Positions 49,745-61,805 of a stretch of DNA of 64,000 bases are shown here, one piece after another. A program made the position numbers and the translations under genes. The notes under the pieces are model-generated. The model searched no databases. It was not told the DNA's origin and saw only the letters and a program-made list of their open reading frames with translations. Source of the stretch: Oopsacas minuta (taxonomy: Eukaryota; Animalia; Porifera). The stretch covers positions 1,268,321-1,332,320 of the forward strand of contig JAKMXF010000321.1 of assembly GCA_024704765.1 (NCBI GenBank), given 5' to 3'. Position 1 is the stretch's first letter; each line of letters begins with the position of its first letter.

Positions 49745-51667
49745 TTATATTCTCTTTACTAAACTCTTTTTGCTGTTACAACTTTTACAAATGAACGAGG
49801 AAACCTTTTGTGTAATATCCTGTAGGCCAACACATGGTTTGTGAAACCATTGGGTACACACTTGACAATTCACCATATTCTTGAAAGCGAACTCGGGTAG
49901 ACGACAAATACACCAAAGTTCAATTGTATATTCCAACTTCTTATTAACCTTTATCCGTGAACAGGGTCTTTCAGAAATTGTGGCAGGGGTGATAATTTTT
50001 CAGAAATAATGAAATTACGCAGGTGACGTCTCATGTTGCCCTGGTTCCATCTCAATATACTTGGCTCTAAACCATTCGCCAACGCGATACTAACTACAAT
50101 AGCAAAGACACCACAATCTGAAATCCCTCTTTGTTGTTGTAGCTCTTGAACTGTAACTTTTAAATCTTCAGTCTCGCTTCGATAAAGCAGTGCAAGTTAG
50201 ATGTCCAGCTCTTCACTTAGACCCCAGATTAATAACGAATCATATACTGATACATTTCCTTCATCATCAATCCTAGACACTTTCCAGTGTAGTTTACCAT
50301 CGTGGTGTATTTGAAAACTATTTAGTGCTGCTCTAACAAATTGGCGATTCTAATAAGATAAAAGACATGCAATTTGAAATGCCATTATTTTCAGGATTAT
50401 AAAATAAGCCAAATAATAGATTTACCTTAGATAAAATAGTATTCTGGAATCCTTCAATGTCTGGATAATTATTCTTTATCAAAACCTAAACATAATTTAT
50501 TAAGTAACCTAGTAAAAGTTGTTTAGTTGTTTGTCGAAGCGAAGTGCGAACGTAGGTTATAAATGGTATTGAAATATAATATAATTAAATCATAGAGAGA
50601 GCTTACCCCAAAGGCGTTGATAGTAACATCATTAAGAAAGGTTTTGTCATTCCATACTCTTTAAGACAATCATCTCTTACTTTTTCGTCTAAAATTCTCA
50701 CAAATGTTACATTTAATGGAATTTAAGCCTTTGCTGCTGATAATCCTGCCATTGAAACTACAGATGTATCCAAAAGAGACTGAGGGGAAGTAAAGGGTGA
50801 GTGATCGGATTGCTGTTCTGATATGGTATCTGGTGTTGAATGGATCGATTCACCAAGATATAGTGGAGACGATGGGGATTTCTCTGGAGAAGTATTTAGA
50901 GATATTTCCACATTGGAATTCGGAGAGGAAGGTGAATGATAAGTTGGATTATATATATTCTCGTCATCCAAGTCTGAATCTAAACAATCTTCTTTTGATA
51001 AATGTATAGGTGACCTGTCTCTAAAACTATCAGATAGATCTGGAGAAAAGTATTCGCGCATCGATTTGATAACAGATAGCAAAGTAGTTCTGCCCATATT
51101 CTTTGATTGCTTGAGAAATGGAATTTCCTTGGGCCAAAATATTGGCCGGAGTTCACTTTTCCCCCCAAAATTACGCGATTTTCCTACAATTAAAATATGA
51201 TATACGTATTACCAAATTATTACTTACTTAAGTATTACACACCAATTTGTTTCAACAGCAGTACATACCCTGTACCCACGAAATAACAACAAGGGTGGCT
51301 TCCAAAACTAAGGGTAAGAAAAACAAGAAACTTACTGTTCATCTTTTGAGTTCCCCATGATAAAATCTTTCTTAACGCCTGTACATTATGTGTGTGTGGA
51401 TCTTGTTTCATCAGGTCCATCATTTCATCTTCTTTATAATCATCTCGAACAACTGATGAGTCTCCGATCACAGAGCGTTCAAATGTTAAGCTTCGCCAAA
51501 TTTGTTCTTTCGTTCAGCAACATGCTGCCGGTAAGTATCGCTTCCCAGAACTGATAATTGTCCCCTCCAGGAGTAGACAACCCCTACAGATTCTCCTGTA
51601 CCTTTGTAAACGTTGCAATCGCTTTAGCTAAATGCTCCCTAGCGTTGCCCTTGGTAATACGAGGCAT
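49745..51667 (-). pseudogene. Accessory gene: Ulp1/SENP-like (C48) cysteine protease plus C-terminal PHD finger, with N-terminal NRF1-like motif and Ser/Pro/acidic linker
   Basis: FLNDVTIN|intron|LIKNNYPDIEGFQNT|intron|...HW (50284-50289), YDS (50236-50244), QQQRGISDCGVFAI (50110-50118), NQGNMRRHL; PHD WCICR...NCQVCTQWFHKPCV...FICKSC; premature TAA at 50197-50199 and a frameshift before the PHD. Confidence 0.78.
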
Positions 51668-51846
51668 TTCAGCTAATTTGTACAAATTATAGTAAGAAAG
51701 TATTCAACTAGACTGGTAGACTAATTACTAGAGTGGAATAACTGGGATCTGAAAAGCAGTCTAATATAACTTAATCTGTATAATATACGCCTACTATGGT
51801 ACATGAATCCCTATGCGCACAGTACTTTTTAATACCTCCAAAATTG

Positions 51847-52106
51847 ACTCAGGAGTAGTGCCGGAATAATCTAAACGGTTTTGGGAGAAAACTTAAGGGC
51901 CTGGGAATTCTCCGGATCTAAACCTAATTGAAAATCTTTGGGCTATGTTGAAAGAGAAGATAAACGTAAATGACCAGAAGATCAATCGGGACCAGTTAAT
52001 TGGAAAACTGATATTAGCATGGCAAGACATAACTCCAGAGATTTTGGAAATCTTAGTGGCAAGCATGCCTATTAGAATTAAAATTGGTTCTAGCACGGAC
52101 TACTAA
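51847..52106 (+). pseudogene. 3' half of the DD37E Tc1 relic split by the KDZ element
   Basis: Continues in frame after the TSD: TQE*CRNNLNG(F)WEK..PGNSPDLNLIENLWAMLKEKI...LVASMPIRI. Confidence 0.8.
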
Positions 52107-52999
52107 ATTACCCTGACGTGAGAAAGTCAAACCACAGTCAAAAATGCTTAGGCTGTACATTGTATTACTGAAAATATGGTCAAAATTCTGTTTTTATTCA
52201 CTAAATTTGATACAGTAGAACTCGGATAAGATGTACACTCGGTTAAGACGTACTATTTTCTTACATCCCAAAATATAAGTCATCATTATTTGTAATGCAA
52301 GCATGGTCGAATAAGACGTACACTCGGTTAAGACGTATTAAATTCTGTTTACTGAGGGGGTACGTCTTATCCGAGTTCTACTGTATCTAACCCACCTTTT
52401 GCCGCTGAATTCAAAAATGACAATTTCAAGGTTCAAAAACGCAATCCTCGCCCAAATTTTGGCAAAAAAGCCTTGTCACACCCAAATATGGTCAATTCCA
52501 TATTTTTTGTATACGTCATCATATCACAAAATTCGCAATATCCTCTCAATTAGGAACGATATTGATGAACATATGATTAGTAAATTATTCAGCTAAATAT
52601 ATATTACTATAATATGCACATTTCACCCCAATTTGGTGATGACGAATTAGCAAAAAATAAAATCTGCAGTTTGATTGTAGGAGATTGGAATTTTTATCGC
52701 ACGAGAGGCACGGGCTACTAAAGTTACAGGACGTGACAATGCCATATCCCAGTAAGAAATGCATACACTGAACCATAGCCTTCTCTATATAAGGCCTACT
52801 TATCAACCTCGAATTGTTGGACTAGGGATGTAGTAGTGTACGGTAAATATTAGATGAATATACAGAATTGTTACATATCGCACAAACAGTACATTTATAG
52901 CTAAGTAAATTTATTACAGATATATGGAGTATCATGTCACCAAACCAACAAAGGAAAAAGAATTATCAAAGTGTGGCAATTTCTTTGCTTAGTAAGCAC

Positions 53000-55900
53000 A
53001 CTAAAGCAATGGCACTCAATTGAAATTTTGGACCATGGATAGTCATTACCGTCGACTTTCAAAGTATAATGTATTATCTATAGGTGTGATTCTACTGCGC
53101 TCCTAGTTAATTATTAGTCATCAGTTTAAATGATTCACCACACCCGGCCTGATTAATTCAATATTGGAAGATTCAAAATCAACATAATAGATTTTAATAA
53201 GTCAAACCATATATTTAACAGTACAATACGTATATGTAGCATACAAACAAATAACATAATACATTCTCTTAGTAGTAGTAACAGTAATATACTATACTAT
53301 CCTAAACGTCCAGCTGAACATAACAAATCGAATAACAATACAATAGCTTCAGTCTTCTACACAAAATTCTAACAGTAAAATGATCTAAAAATGAACAAAG
53401 AAAAATTATTTGTATTTTTAAGCTTAGTATTATCCCTATTTAAAACCATAAAATTGTAATTGCGGACTCTCTTCGACAAGATGATATTTGACCATGTAAC
53501 ACACAATTCTTCAATATGTCCCGATTTCAAACGCCACAGAAGCAACAATCATTCCAAACATCAGTATATTTCTCTGAAATGATTGTCATAGAAATGAGTA
53601 CCAACAAACTACGGGACTGTGCAGAATAGAATTTCTTGCTGAGGGAATCACAGTTATCTATCATCAGAAAGGCTTTATACAAGATAGTAACAGACTTTAC
53701 TACACAAGAAGAAGGATATTTAAGAGAACCTCGATCTACTAAATTAATCAAAGTATATTGAGAACCAACGTCATTATTAACTTCTAGGAGTCTATCTGTT
53801 GTTAAAAGATCGTAACAAGATTGACAAGTATTTGACTTTTTTATGTAAGAGAAGACTGCATATCCTGCTATATAGATGAGGCAATCAATCTGAGAAAATT
53901 CTAATTCAATGAGCGAGATATCATTCAATATAGTCATATAAGGTTCTATATCGAGTTGCTTTTCGTCACTTATAAACTCACAATCGTCTGCGAATTACCT
54001 AAAGTATTCTTTTAGTGAAACGTTATCTCCCAAACTATATTTTATATCAAAAACTTGTAAAAGGTTGGAAAGTTGGAGTCTTCGTTCGCTTTCTAAAACT
54101 TGGTTAAAAGATATTTGATAGTGAGACCCTGACATTTGTCTGTATAATCCAAAATGGTGTTCTAAAGCTTCATTTTGTGTTCTCGCAGTAAGAAGATATT
54201 GGTACCCACAATTTCAGTTAGTTGTTTGACTAGTAGTGGTAATTCCTCACATGCATGTCTAAAGCTGGTCAAGGTTTGTGGTGTTAATTTCCGGACAAAA
54301 AGGTAGATTAACCCAACTATCCAACCAGGAGACCACGGGGTTCAAAAAGAGCAACCGAAAATCGTCTGGGTATATTGGGGCTGAAAATTGGTCATTAAAA
54401 CGTATATTGTTCCCAACCCAGTTCACATTGAATATTTTCCATACCCGATTAATAAGATCAAGAAAATATACTATTTGATTGATGTGTTTGGTGTCACTTT
54501 CGATTTTCCACGCTAATAGGCCGGCAGATGTTGTCTCATGAAAAATTTTCAATGCAAAACTGACATTTTGCCGTTCTAAGCTTGAGGGCCAAAAAGCTTT
54601 CGCTGTTAATTTTGGTGCTCGTTTCAATAAATTACATCTATCCGATCTAAACAAATCTCGTATATCTTGAAATCGAGCGTAACAAATATCTGGATATACA
54701 GATTTAGAGGTCACATTGGCAGTAGAATGCTGGCTCTAGGGATGGAGAGGTAAAAATTTTTGTTAGTGTCAATGATACTTTGAATACTTACTAGACATTC
54801 GTCGAACTTCGGGAAAATGAAAGTGCCGTCAATATTTTTGAGATTCAACCAATTATTTCGGATGCACCTAATGATATGGACACTATCAACAAGCATAATT
54901 AAATTTCTATGTGGGTTGCAGGGGTGTTGTACTTTTGGCTCCAGTTTCGAACTAGTTGAAAACAATTTGTATAAACGAACGTTCAGTGGATAGTTGTCAG
55001 TACAAACAGCTTCTACAAATAGACCGCAAGCTTCGATATCACAGATAGTAGACCTGACAATAGGATACAATGATTCAGCAGAAGAAGAACCCAAAGGAAT
55101 CAACCGAACAATGGTAGAAAACTTGGCCGATAGACTAGAAACCATCATGGAGAAAACTGTGATATATGGATCATTAGGATTGTCAATCGACCCAATTACT
55201 CTCCCTCCCTTATGTGATGCATCACCACGGATATGTTCCTCATCCATTTGAAGAATAACATGGCGTTCTAAATTATTGAATGTAGTGGCCACTTCCTTGA
55301 GAATTTTTGTATAATCACTCTCTAAGCCAATACTATTTTTTACTTTCAACAAATTACGCTCATGAGGAAAAGTTAAGCAATTAGAGCCCTGAATGAGACG
55401 GTAATAAGCTGGGGAAATGCCGTGAATTTTTAAACAAAAACCTGGGTGATAATGTTATAACGTCGAGCATGTTTATCAATGATTAGATATTTCAACTGAT
55501 CGAGCAAAAAGGTAAGACGCATTTGTAAAGAAGCCTCAGCGATTTCGAAATATAATTTGGAATCAGTGTGCTCTAATGTATCAATAGCTTGACCAAGACT
55601 ATGAATAGAGTTCCTAACATGTTGTATCAGAGATGTCGCAGAGGTATTTGTATTAGTACTTTGAGATATTTCAAATAAATCAACTTCATGTGTAATGTTT
55701 TCTAATAACCTGATATCATTTATTGAGGAAGACGAGAGCTGAATTTGTTTTTTTCTTTATAAAAAGACTTACAAAATAAACTTTCATCGACAATTATATA
55801 TCGTCCGATAGTGGAAACTTCGTTACAAAATTGAATCTTAAGAAATAGCATGTAGAAGAATCAGGGCGATAGAAAAGCCAACCGTTTGGGAGTTCGATCA

Positions 55901-56918
55901 TGTGCAACTTAGATATAATACAACTAAGACTCGAAATCATGAACTTAGCTTCGGTCTCTTGAAATTCTGCTCGGCTTTTCTTGTATACATCCTGCATCCT
56001 CTTCTCCTCTTTATCGTCAAGAGATAGCGTTTGGGTTTTAGCAACTGTATCTGTGAAATAAGTTGGACAATTTGGAAAGATACTAGGAACTGCAAATTTC
56101 TTAAGAACAAATTTTTTCCTGGGCATCTTGATCATCTCAACTCCGTTATAGTATTCAATATTCCTCTCGATATCTTCTTCACGAAATGATGTATACAGAC
56201 CTATAAAGATGGAAATAATTATACTATATCACAGACAAATTTCTATAACAACTTACCAAAATCGTTTATTCTCCTCATAGTCTCCTTTCGGTCGAGGAAT
56301 CGCTCGAAACCACTTTTCACGAGTTTCAATATCAGTAGGAAAGGAAAAAGTAGGCACATATGAATCACCTTGACTGTGATAATTCGACTTACAACCAGGT
56401 ACTAGGCATGTCATGTTGAATATGTGATGATGCGGTACAAATCTTGCAGTAATTTGAAGAAACGAAAATACTTACAATAATTATTATATATTATCAACAT
56501 TGAATACAAAATCTATGGGTGGGTAAAATATTTTTCATATTAAGACGTTTAAGACACAAAATTTCAGAAGTAATCACAAATATTGACGCTAATACATAGT
56601 TTGCATGTTGCTACATAAGATCACTATCCTCATAATGAATTATACATATTCTTAGAGCACTATAGGCGATTAATTCGCGCGAACAATACGACTGAATTGG
56701 ATATTCAAACATGTGCAAAACTGAAGTCTTATTAATCTGGCAAAATTATACCAAAATATGTTCTAAGGAGTAAGCAGTTGTTGGATACACATAAATGTTG
56801 AAATCACTTTGATATATAAGAAATACAAAAGTTATGATGTAAAGTAGTCCGATGGTAATGACAATCCATGGTCCAAATTTCGATAGAGTGTCATTGCCTT
56901 CGTATACAGAATGCTATG
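53000..56918 (-). mobile_element. P-element/THAP9-like transposon, copy 2 (inverted relative to copy 1; 3' terminus truncated by about 16 bp)
   Basis: ORFs 55794-56135, 54711-55352, 54259-54714 and 53527-53937 are nearly identical to copy 1 ORFs; 5' TIR ends at 56918; no TSD recoverable. Confidence 0.9.
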
Positions 56919-57149
56919 GTGATAGCTTCAAATTACATTCGATTCCTCTCTGTGTACATCTGATGTTTTGATTATGTGATCATAATCGATCCTTGGTTTT
57001 GTATATCTGGTGTGTGGGTTGAACACAAGTTATTATATATATTTATCCCAGCCCAACGGATCTCTCTATTAAGTGCGACAGTGTGTAAATATCAGTATGT
57101 TTTGGAATATTTCTAACTATGATACTATAATTGAATAAATCACCAATCA

Positions 57150-59762
57150 AACTCCACTGATCCTCTTAGTTCTCGATAACACGTTACTAGTGTTGATGCT
57201 TTGTCTAAGCCTAAACCTACAGGGTGTTGAAGAAATTGTTTTCCTCTCATATAATCGTTAATTTCTAAGTAACAGTTTTAAACAGACACTCTATTCATTT
57301 TCCAATGTACCCTCCCTTTAACTGAATACATTTGTTAATACGATTTGGCATGCCAGCAATGAGTTTGTCTATAGTTTCAGGAGTTATCTCTCTCCAAGCT
57401 TGAATCAGCTGTTTCTGAAGCATTATTAGATTTGTTGGGCGTTCCATTGTTTCTAGCCTTGTTTGTAAAATTCCCCAGAGATTTTCGATTGGTCTTAAAT
57501 CAGGCGAATTGGCAGGCCAGATGCTTTTCTCCCAGAATTTGCATACATTATTTTTGTGCCATTCTTGACATTTTTTTGAGGTGTGGGCTGATGCTCCATC
57601 TTGCTGGAAAATCGCCTTAGACATGTCGGGCAACATCTTTTTCTCTAATACACTCCCTGTAACACTCTTCCGATGCATTACAGAGGTTAGTGTCTTTTTC
57701 AGAATCTCCTCTATGTAATATTCAGTTGTAACAGTTTGACCTGGGGGTATGATATTGAGTTCTGATAAAGCTCGATAGGACATAACCCCCCACACTTGTA
57801 ATTTTCCTGGAAATTTTACACTCTCATAATGCGGGACTTTATCATGCAATCTGACCAAATTAGAACTTTCTGGCGGTAGGGAGATGAAATAATTCGAAGG
57901 GTGATTCATCTGAGAATAATACTTGCTGCCAATCATCAACTGACCAATTTCTCCACCCCTGGCAGAATTTCAATCGAGCGATTCTATGATTTTCGGCCAA
58001 TCGTGATTGAACCTGAGGTTTATAAGGTTTGAGTCTGAGATTTTTCCATAGATAGCTATGAACGGCAACATGTGAAGCCGGAAAACCTTTAGATTTCAAG
58101 ATATGGGATAATTTCAGTGTGGATCATTGCATTTTTCCAATGTTTTTCTTCAAGACAACTTTTGAGATTCATCCTATCACCGTTTTCTTCCCTCGGCCAC
58201 TTCTGTTTGTAAGAGAATCCCCCTTCTTAAAACGTAACCACCATCCACGAACGGTTCGCACACTGACACCAATATTATTCGACGCCTGTCTTTGAGTCAT
58301 TCCACCCTTTAACATGCCCATGCCTGATGACGCAAAGTGATACTGGCTTCCTTGGCCATCTATTTTAACAGTTTTGTTAGAAACAAAATACAACATTCGT
58401 CAATCTAAAGAGTAAACACAACATTCCAAAAATATATTTATGTACTGTCCACACATACAGTTACATTGTATTTTCTCAAGCAAATAGTACAAAGTACATT
58501 AGAACATAGGATATGGTTATATTGTATGTTCAAAATAGAGGAAAACAATTTCTTAACACCCTGTATTTCTAAGTGTGGTCTGGACGAAAATTAAATTCGA
58601 GAAAATTCGCTCAATAGATGCAAAACTTGCTGGCAGGTGGAGTAGAAGAAGGGCTAATTCACATAACTCAGGATTCACATCTTTGTAGGTCTTTGTTATG
58701 CATGACCACCATATGTGTGGCTCTACCTTCTCGAGAAAAGTTTCTTTGAACATATGCTGTGGAAATGGATCTACTTCTGCCTGGAATGCAAACAAATCAC
58801 TTACTACTCCATGCCACTTGCTAGTAACCAAATCGTTAATAGATTTCAATTGTTCTTTATTTTAGACCTCTTCTTCGGTATTTTAGGGTGTAAGCAGAAT
58901 GCAAAAAAATGGAATTGAGTCATTGCTTGGTTGATGCGAAGATTGCCCTTTTCTTGCTAAGGGTTTATTAATTCGCCATTAAGTAGTGTTAACCAGATGT
59001 GACAGGCATCAGCGATATTAGAATTTTCTGATTGAAGAGTATTTAGGCCATTAGAAATTGGTTGTAGTTGATCAGAATTGCTTATAATACTCTATATTCG
59101 AGCTTCTAGAAAATCTTCATGTTGAGCATTGATCATTAAATAAAATGGTCTCTTCTTGTTAAAAATAGTAATACACTCGAACTGACTATTCCATAGTGGC
59201 CCAGTATTGAAATGGTTGCCTATAATTTTTCTTTTGTTTTATTTTCTCCGTAAAAGCCCTGCAGCCAAAACTGGATAGAAGTAAAGTGATATAGTGTATG
59301 AGAAATATTGAAGATATTCGTCGGGTGTGCTTCTCCCCTTTGCTAATCAATCGGACGCCAAGTGCCACTATTTCACACTGGTCAAACTTTTGTCTGGCCT
59401 CTAGCAAAATTATGAATGAAAGGTGCCAAAATTTTTACACATTTCGAAAGAGAATAAATTCTATACCTTCGTACTCTTCTATCATTGTCACACTTTGATT
59501 AAGTTAGCATACACACCATCTAAATTAATAATTTATCCATTTATACCAGCACATTGCATATTGTAGGGCAGTAGCCATGAAAGTACAAGTGGTCCGGTTT
59601 GTTACAGCAATAAATACCAGGTCAGGTAAGGCTATATTAGCCGACCGAGTAGCCAGGTTGAACTGTACAATGGTAACCTGACCGATTGGTGACATATTGG
59701 AAAATTGCAGGCAAAAGTAGTCAGGTTGAAACCTGACCAACCGGACCGGTGACTATGGCCCT
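57150..59762 (-). pseudogene. Decayed hAT transposase relic, interrupted by a Tc1 insertion
   Basis: ORF 58553-58849 WWSC...PELCELALLLLHLPASFASIERIFS...TLRN continues across the insertion as (R)LGLDKASTLVTCYRELRG with a 1-bp shift; TIR-like end AGGGCCATAGTCACCGGTCC near 59762. Confidence 0.7.
57220..58563 (-). mobile_element. Full-length Tc1-like DD37E (TRT-type) transposon, frameshifted
   Basis: TA-flanked TIR CAGGGTGTT(G)AAGAAATTGTTTTCCTCT; FSDES and QQDGASAH...SPDLRPIE with 37 residues between D and E; three ORF pieces. Confidence 0.9.
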
Positions 59763-60440
59763 TTATTGGCATTAGTCCCTCTGATTAAAAGGCTCGACAC
59801 ATTTATCTTTTAGGCATTTAGGTACAGGAATCACAGGGTCATATATATGAACGTTAGAAAAGACAGCTACTATGAATGAGCCGGTGGTATATGTAGCAAC
59901 CTAAATGTGCGAAAATGTGCTTTTGTTTAATTAATATTATTGAGTCTGACTGAATGGTAGAAAATAGAAAAATGGTGGAAAACTTGGAAAATTACTCATT
60001 ATATAAATAGTGGCACTCGATGAAATTTTGATAAGGAGTACCAAAAATGCACAAATTTATAACAACATCAATGTTTCACGCTGATCATTATCTGATAAGG
60101 ATCAGTCGGATTATAGTTCATTTGCCCCTCTTCTAGTACAGTCAGGGGCCGGGCCCAGCAATGGGTTCAATCCATGAATGGAATTTGGATTTGTGTTTCA
60201 AGCTTCATTCCCATTCAGAATGGGAATGGGAATTAAGTCCTTGATTCCTGGAAATAAATGGCTGAGAATGAGGATTAAGTCCGAAAAATTGACTTCGGAT
60301 TGGGAATTGAAGGAATTAATTCTGAATTGAATCCGTCTTTGTCAGCAACGTAAGCATTGTGATATTCACACCTTTTCATATATGGTAATATTATCAATAC
60401 ATCGACATCAGTTAGCTTTAGACATATATAATTTACTATG

Positions 60441-61154
60441 TTCACTCGAGCCGAATAAATATCCTACATAATTGTAAAAATACATGTTATTAGTCCAGAC
60501 AAGCATTTTTTCGAAATGTGCCAATGTAATAACTTAGTAAGCACTAATTTAGCGAAATAATTACTCTAAGTTGATCTATCTTAGATGCTATGTAATGTGA
60601 TAAATATCGATCTTTAATCAAATTGTAGAAATACCAAACCAACTAAAACCTTCTCTGCAAAATTAGAAAAAATTGAAATGACAAAGATAGCATGTTTCTG
60701 AGTTAGAGTAGAGACCATGGATGACCTATGTTTATTACAAGTATATGGGAAGTTGGAAAATGTACTAAAAGGACAGGGAATTTGGATATGCTCTATATAT
60801 TGGCTATCCTAATTGGACCATAATTTCAAACGATTATCGAATTATAAGTGGATAATGACAAAACATGTGTCATCCATGGTCTCTACTGTAACTCAGAAAC
60901 GTGCTAACCTTGTCATAACAAATTTTGTATATTTTCTGCAGAAAAGGTTTTAGTTGATTTGGCATGACAACAATTTGATCAAAGATCAATATTTTTGCCA
61001 CATAGCATCTAAGATAGATCAATTTAGAGTGATAAATTTCGCTAAATTGGTGCTTACCAAGCTATTAAATTGTCACATTTCGAAAAATATGCTTTCCTGG
61101 ACTATTGACATGTATTTCTCCATTATGTAGGATATCCATTTAGCTCGAAGTGAA
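60441..61154. mobile_element. Foldback element (about 310-bp inverted arms)
   Basis: e.g. TTGATCTATCTTAGATGCTATGT vs ACATAGCATCTAAGATAGATCAA; inner arm ends GTAGAGACCATGGATGAC / GTCATCCATGGTCTCTAC; a related motif occurs at about 8605-8650. Confidence 0.8.
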
Positions 61155-61192
61155 ATTAGTTCATTTTGTATGTATAATGCTATCTGATGTCG

Positions 61193-61805
61193 CAGGGCCG
61201 TAGCTAGGGGGGCTGAGCCCCTCTAGCAAATTTAACCACCCCGTAAATTTTTGCTAAGCTATAGTGATCTTTACTATCTTAGATCTTAAATATTAGTTAA
61301 ATCAAGGAAATATTTGTGAATATGTTAAATTGACTAACATTTTAGTTATCTAATTCCTCTTGCGATAGATATACTTAATTATATGGATGCTTTTGCAGCG
61401 ACCATTAAAATAATTTTTTGTTTTTATATGACCACAACATATATTCCTTCCAGTTTGATTACATTTTATGTGCGAATAGTGAAATCATTCCTCATATGGC
61501 TATAATCACTATTCCAGGAAGTAGGATAGAAGTCTCCGTTTATTTTAGATAATATTTAAATTTATGAGATTAAAATAGATTTGTAGTTCATTGGAAGTCA
61601 CAATGTACACGATTACTACTAAGCGAAAATATAGAATGCCAGAGTTGTCTGAATATTTATGAACTAAGTAATGTTACCTTTCCCCAAAGTAGCTAGGGAG
61701 TTTGGGTATGGGCCTACCCCAAAAATAGATATAAAATTCTTAAGTATCCAAGCCCCCTAAAGTTTACTTAGTCTCTTCTAACACTACGCTCTGGCTACGG
61801 CCCTG
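61193..61805. mobile_element. hAT-type MITE
   Basis: TIR CAGGGCCGTAGC / GCTACGGCCCTG; perfect 8-bp TSD TGATGTCG. Confidence 0.88.

Larger units (their letters stand above)
41189..51838 (+). mobile_element. KDZ/Zisupton-like two-gene DNA transposon (10,650 bp including nested elements; about 5.6 kb net)
   Basis: Perfect 8-bp TSD CAAAATTG (41181-41188, 51839-51846); inverted repeat TATTAAAA(T/A)GTACTGTGCGCAT 4 bp inside each end (41193-41214; 51813-51834); three tandem GTACTGTG(C/T)GCATG repeats at the left end; encloses KDZ transposase and Ulp1-PHD genes. Confidence 0.82.

Noticed and set aside
41746-56918. Composite transposon formed by the two inverted P copies carrying the KDZ/Ulp1 region as cargo
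   Set aside because: Copy 1 has its own TSD on both sides and the KDZ left end lies outside (left of) copy 1; no TSD flanks the outer ends.
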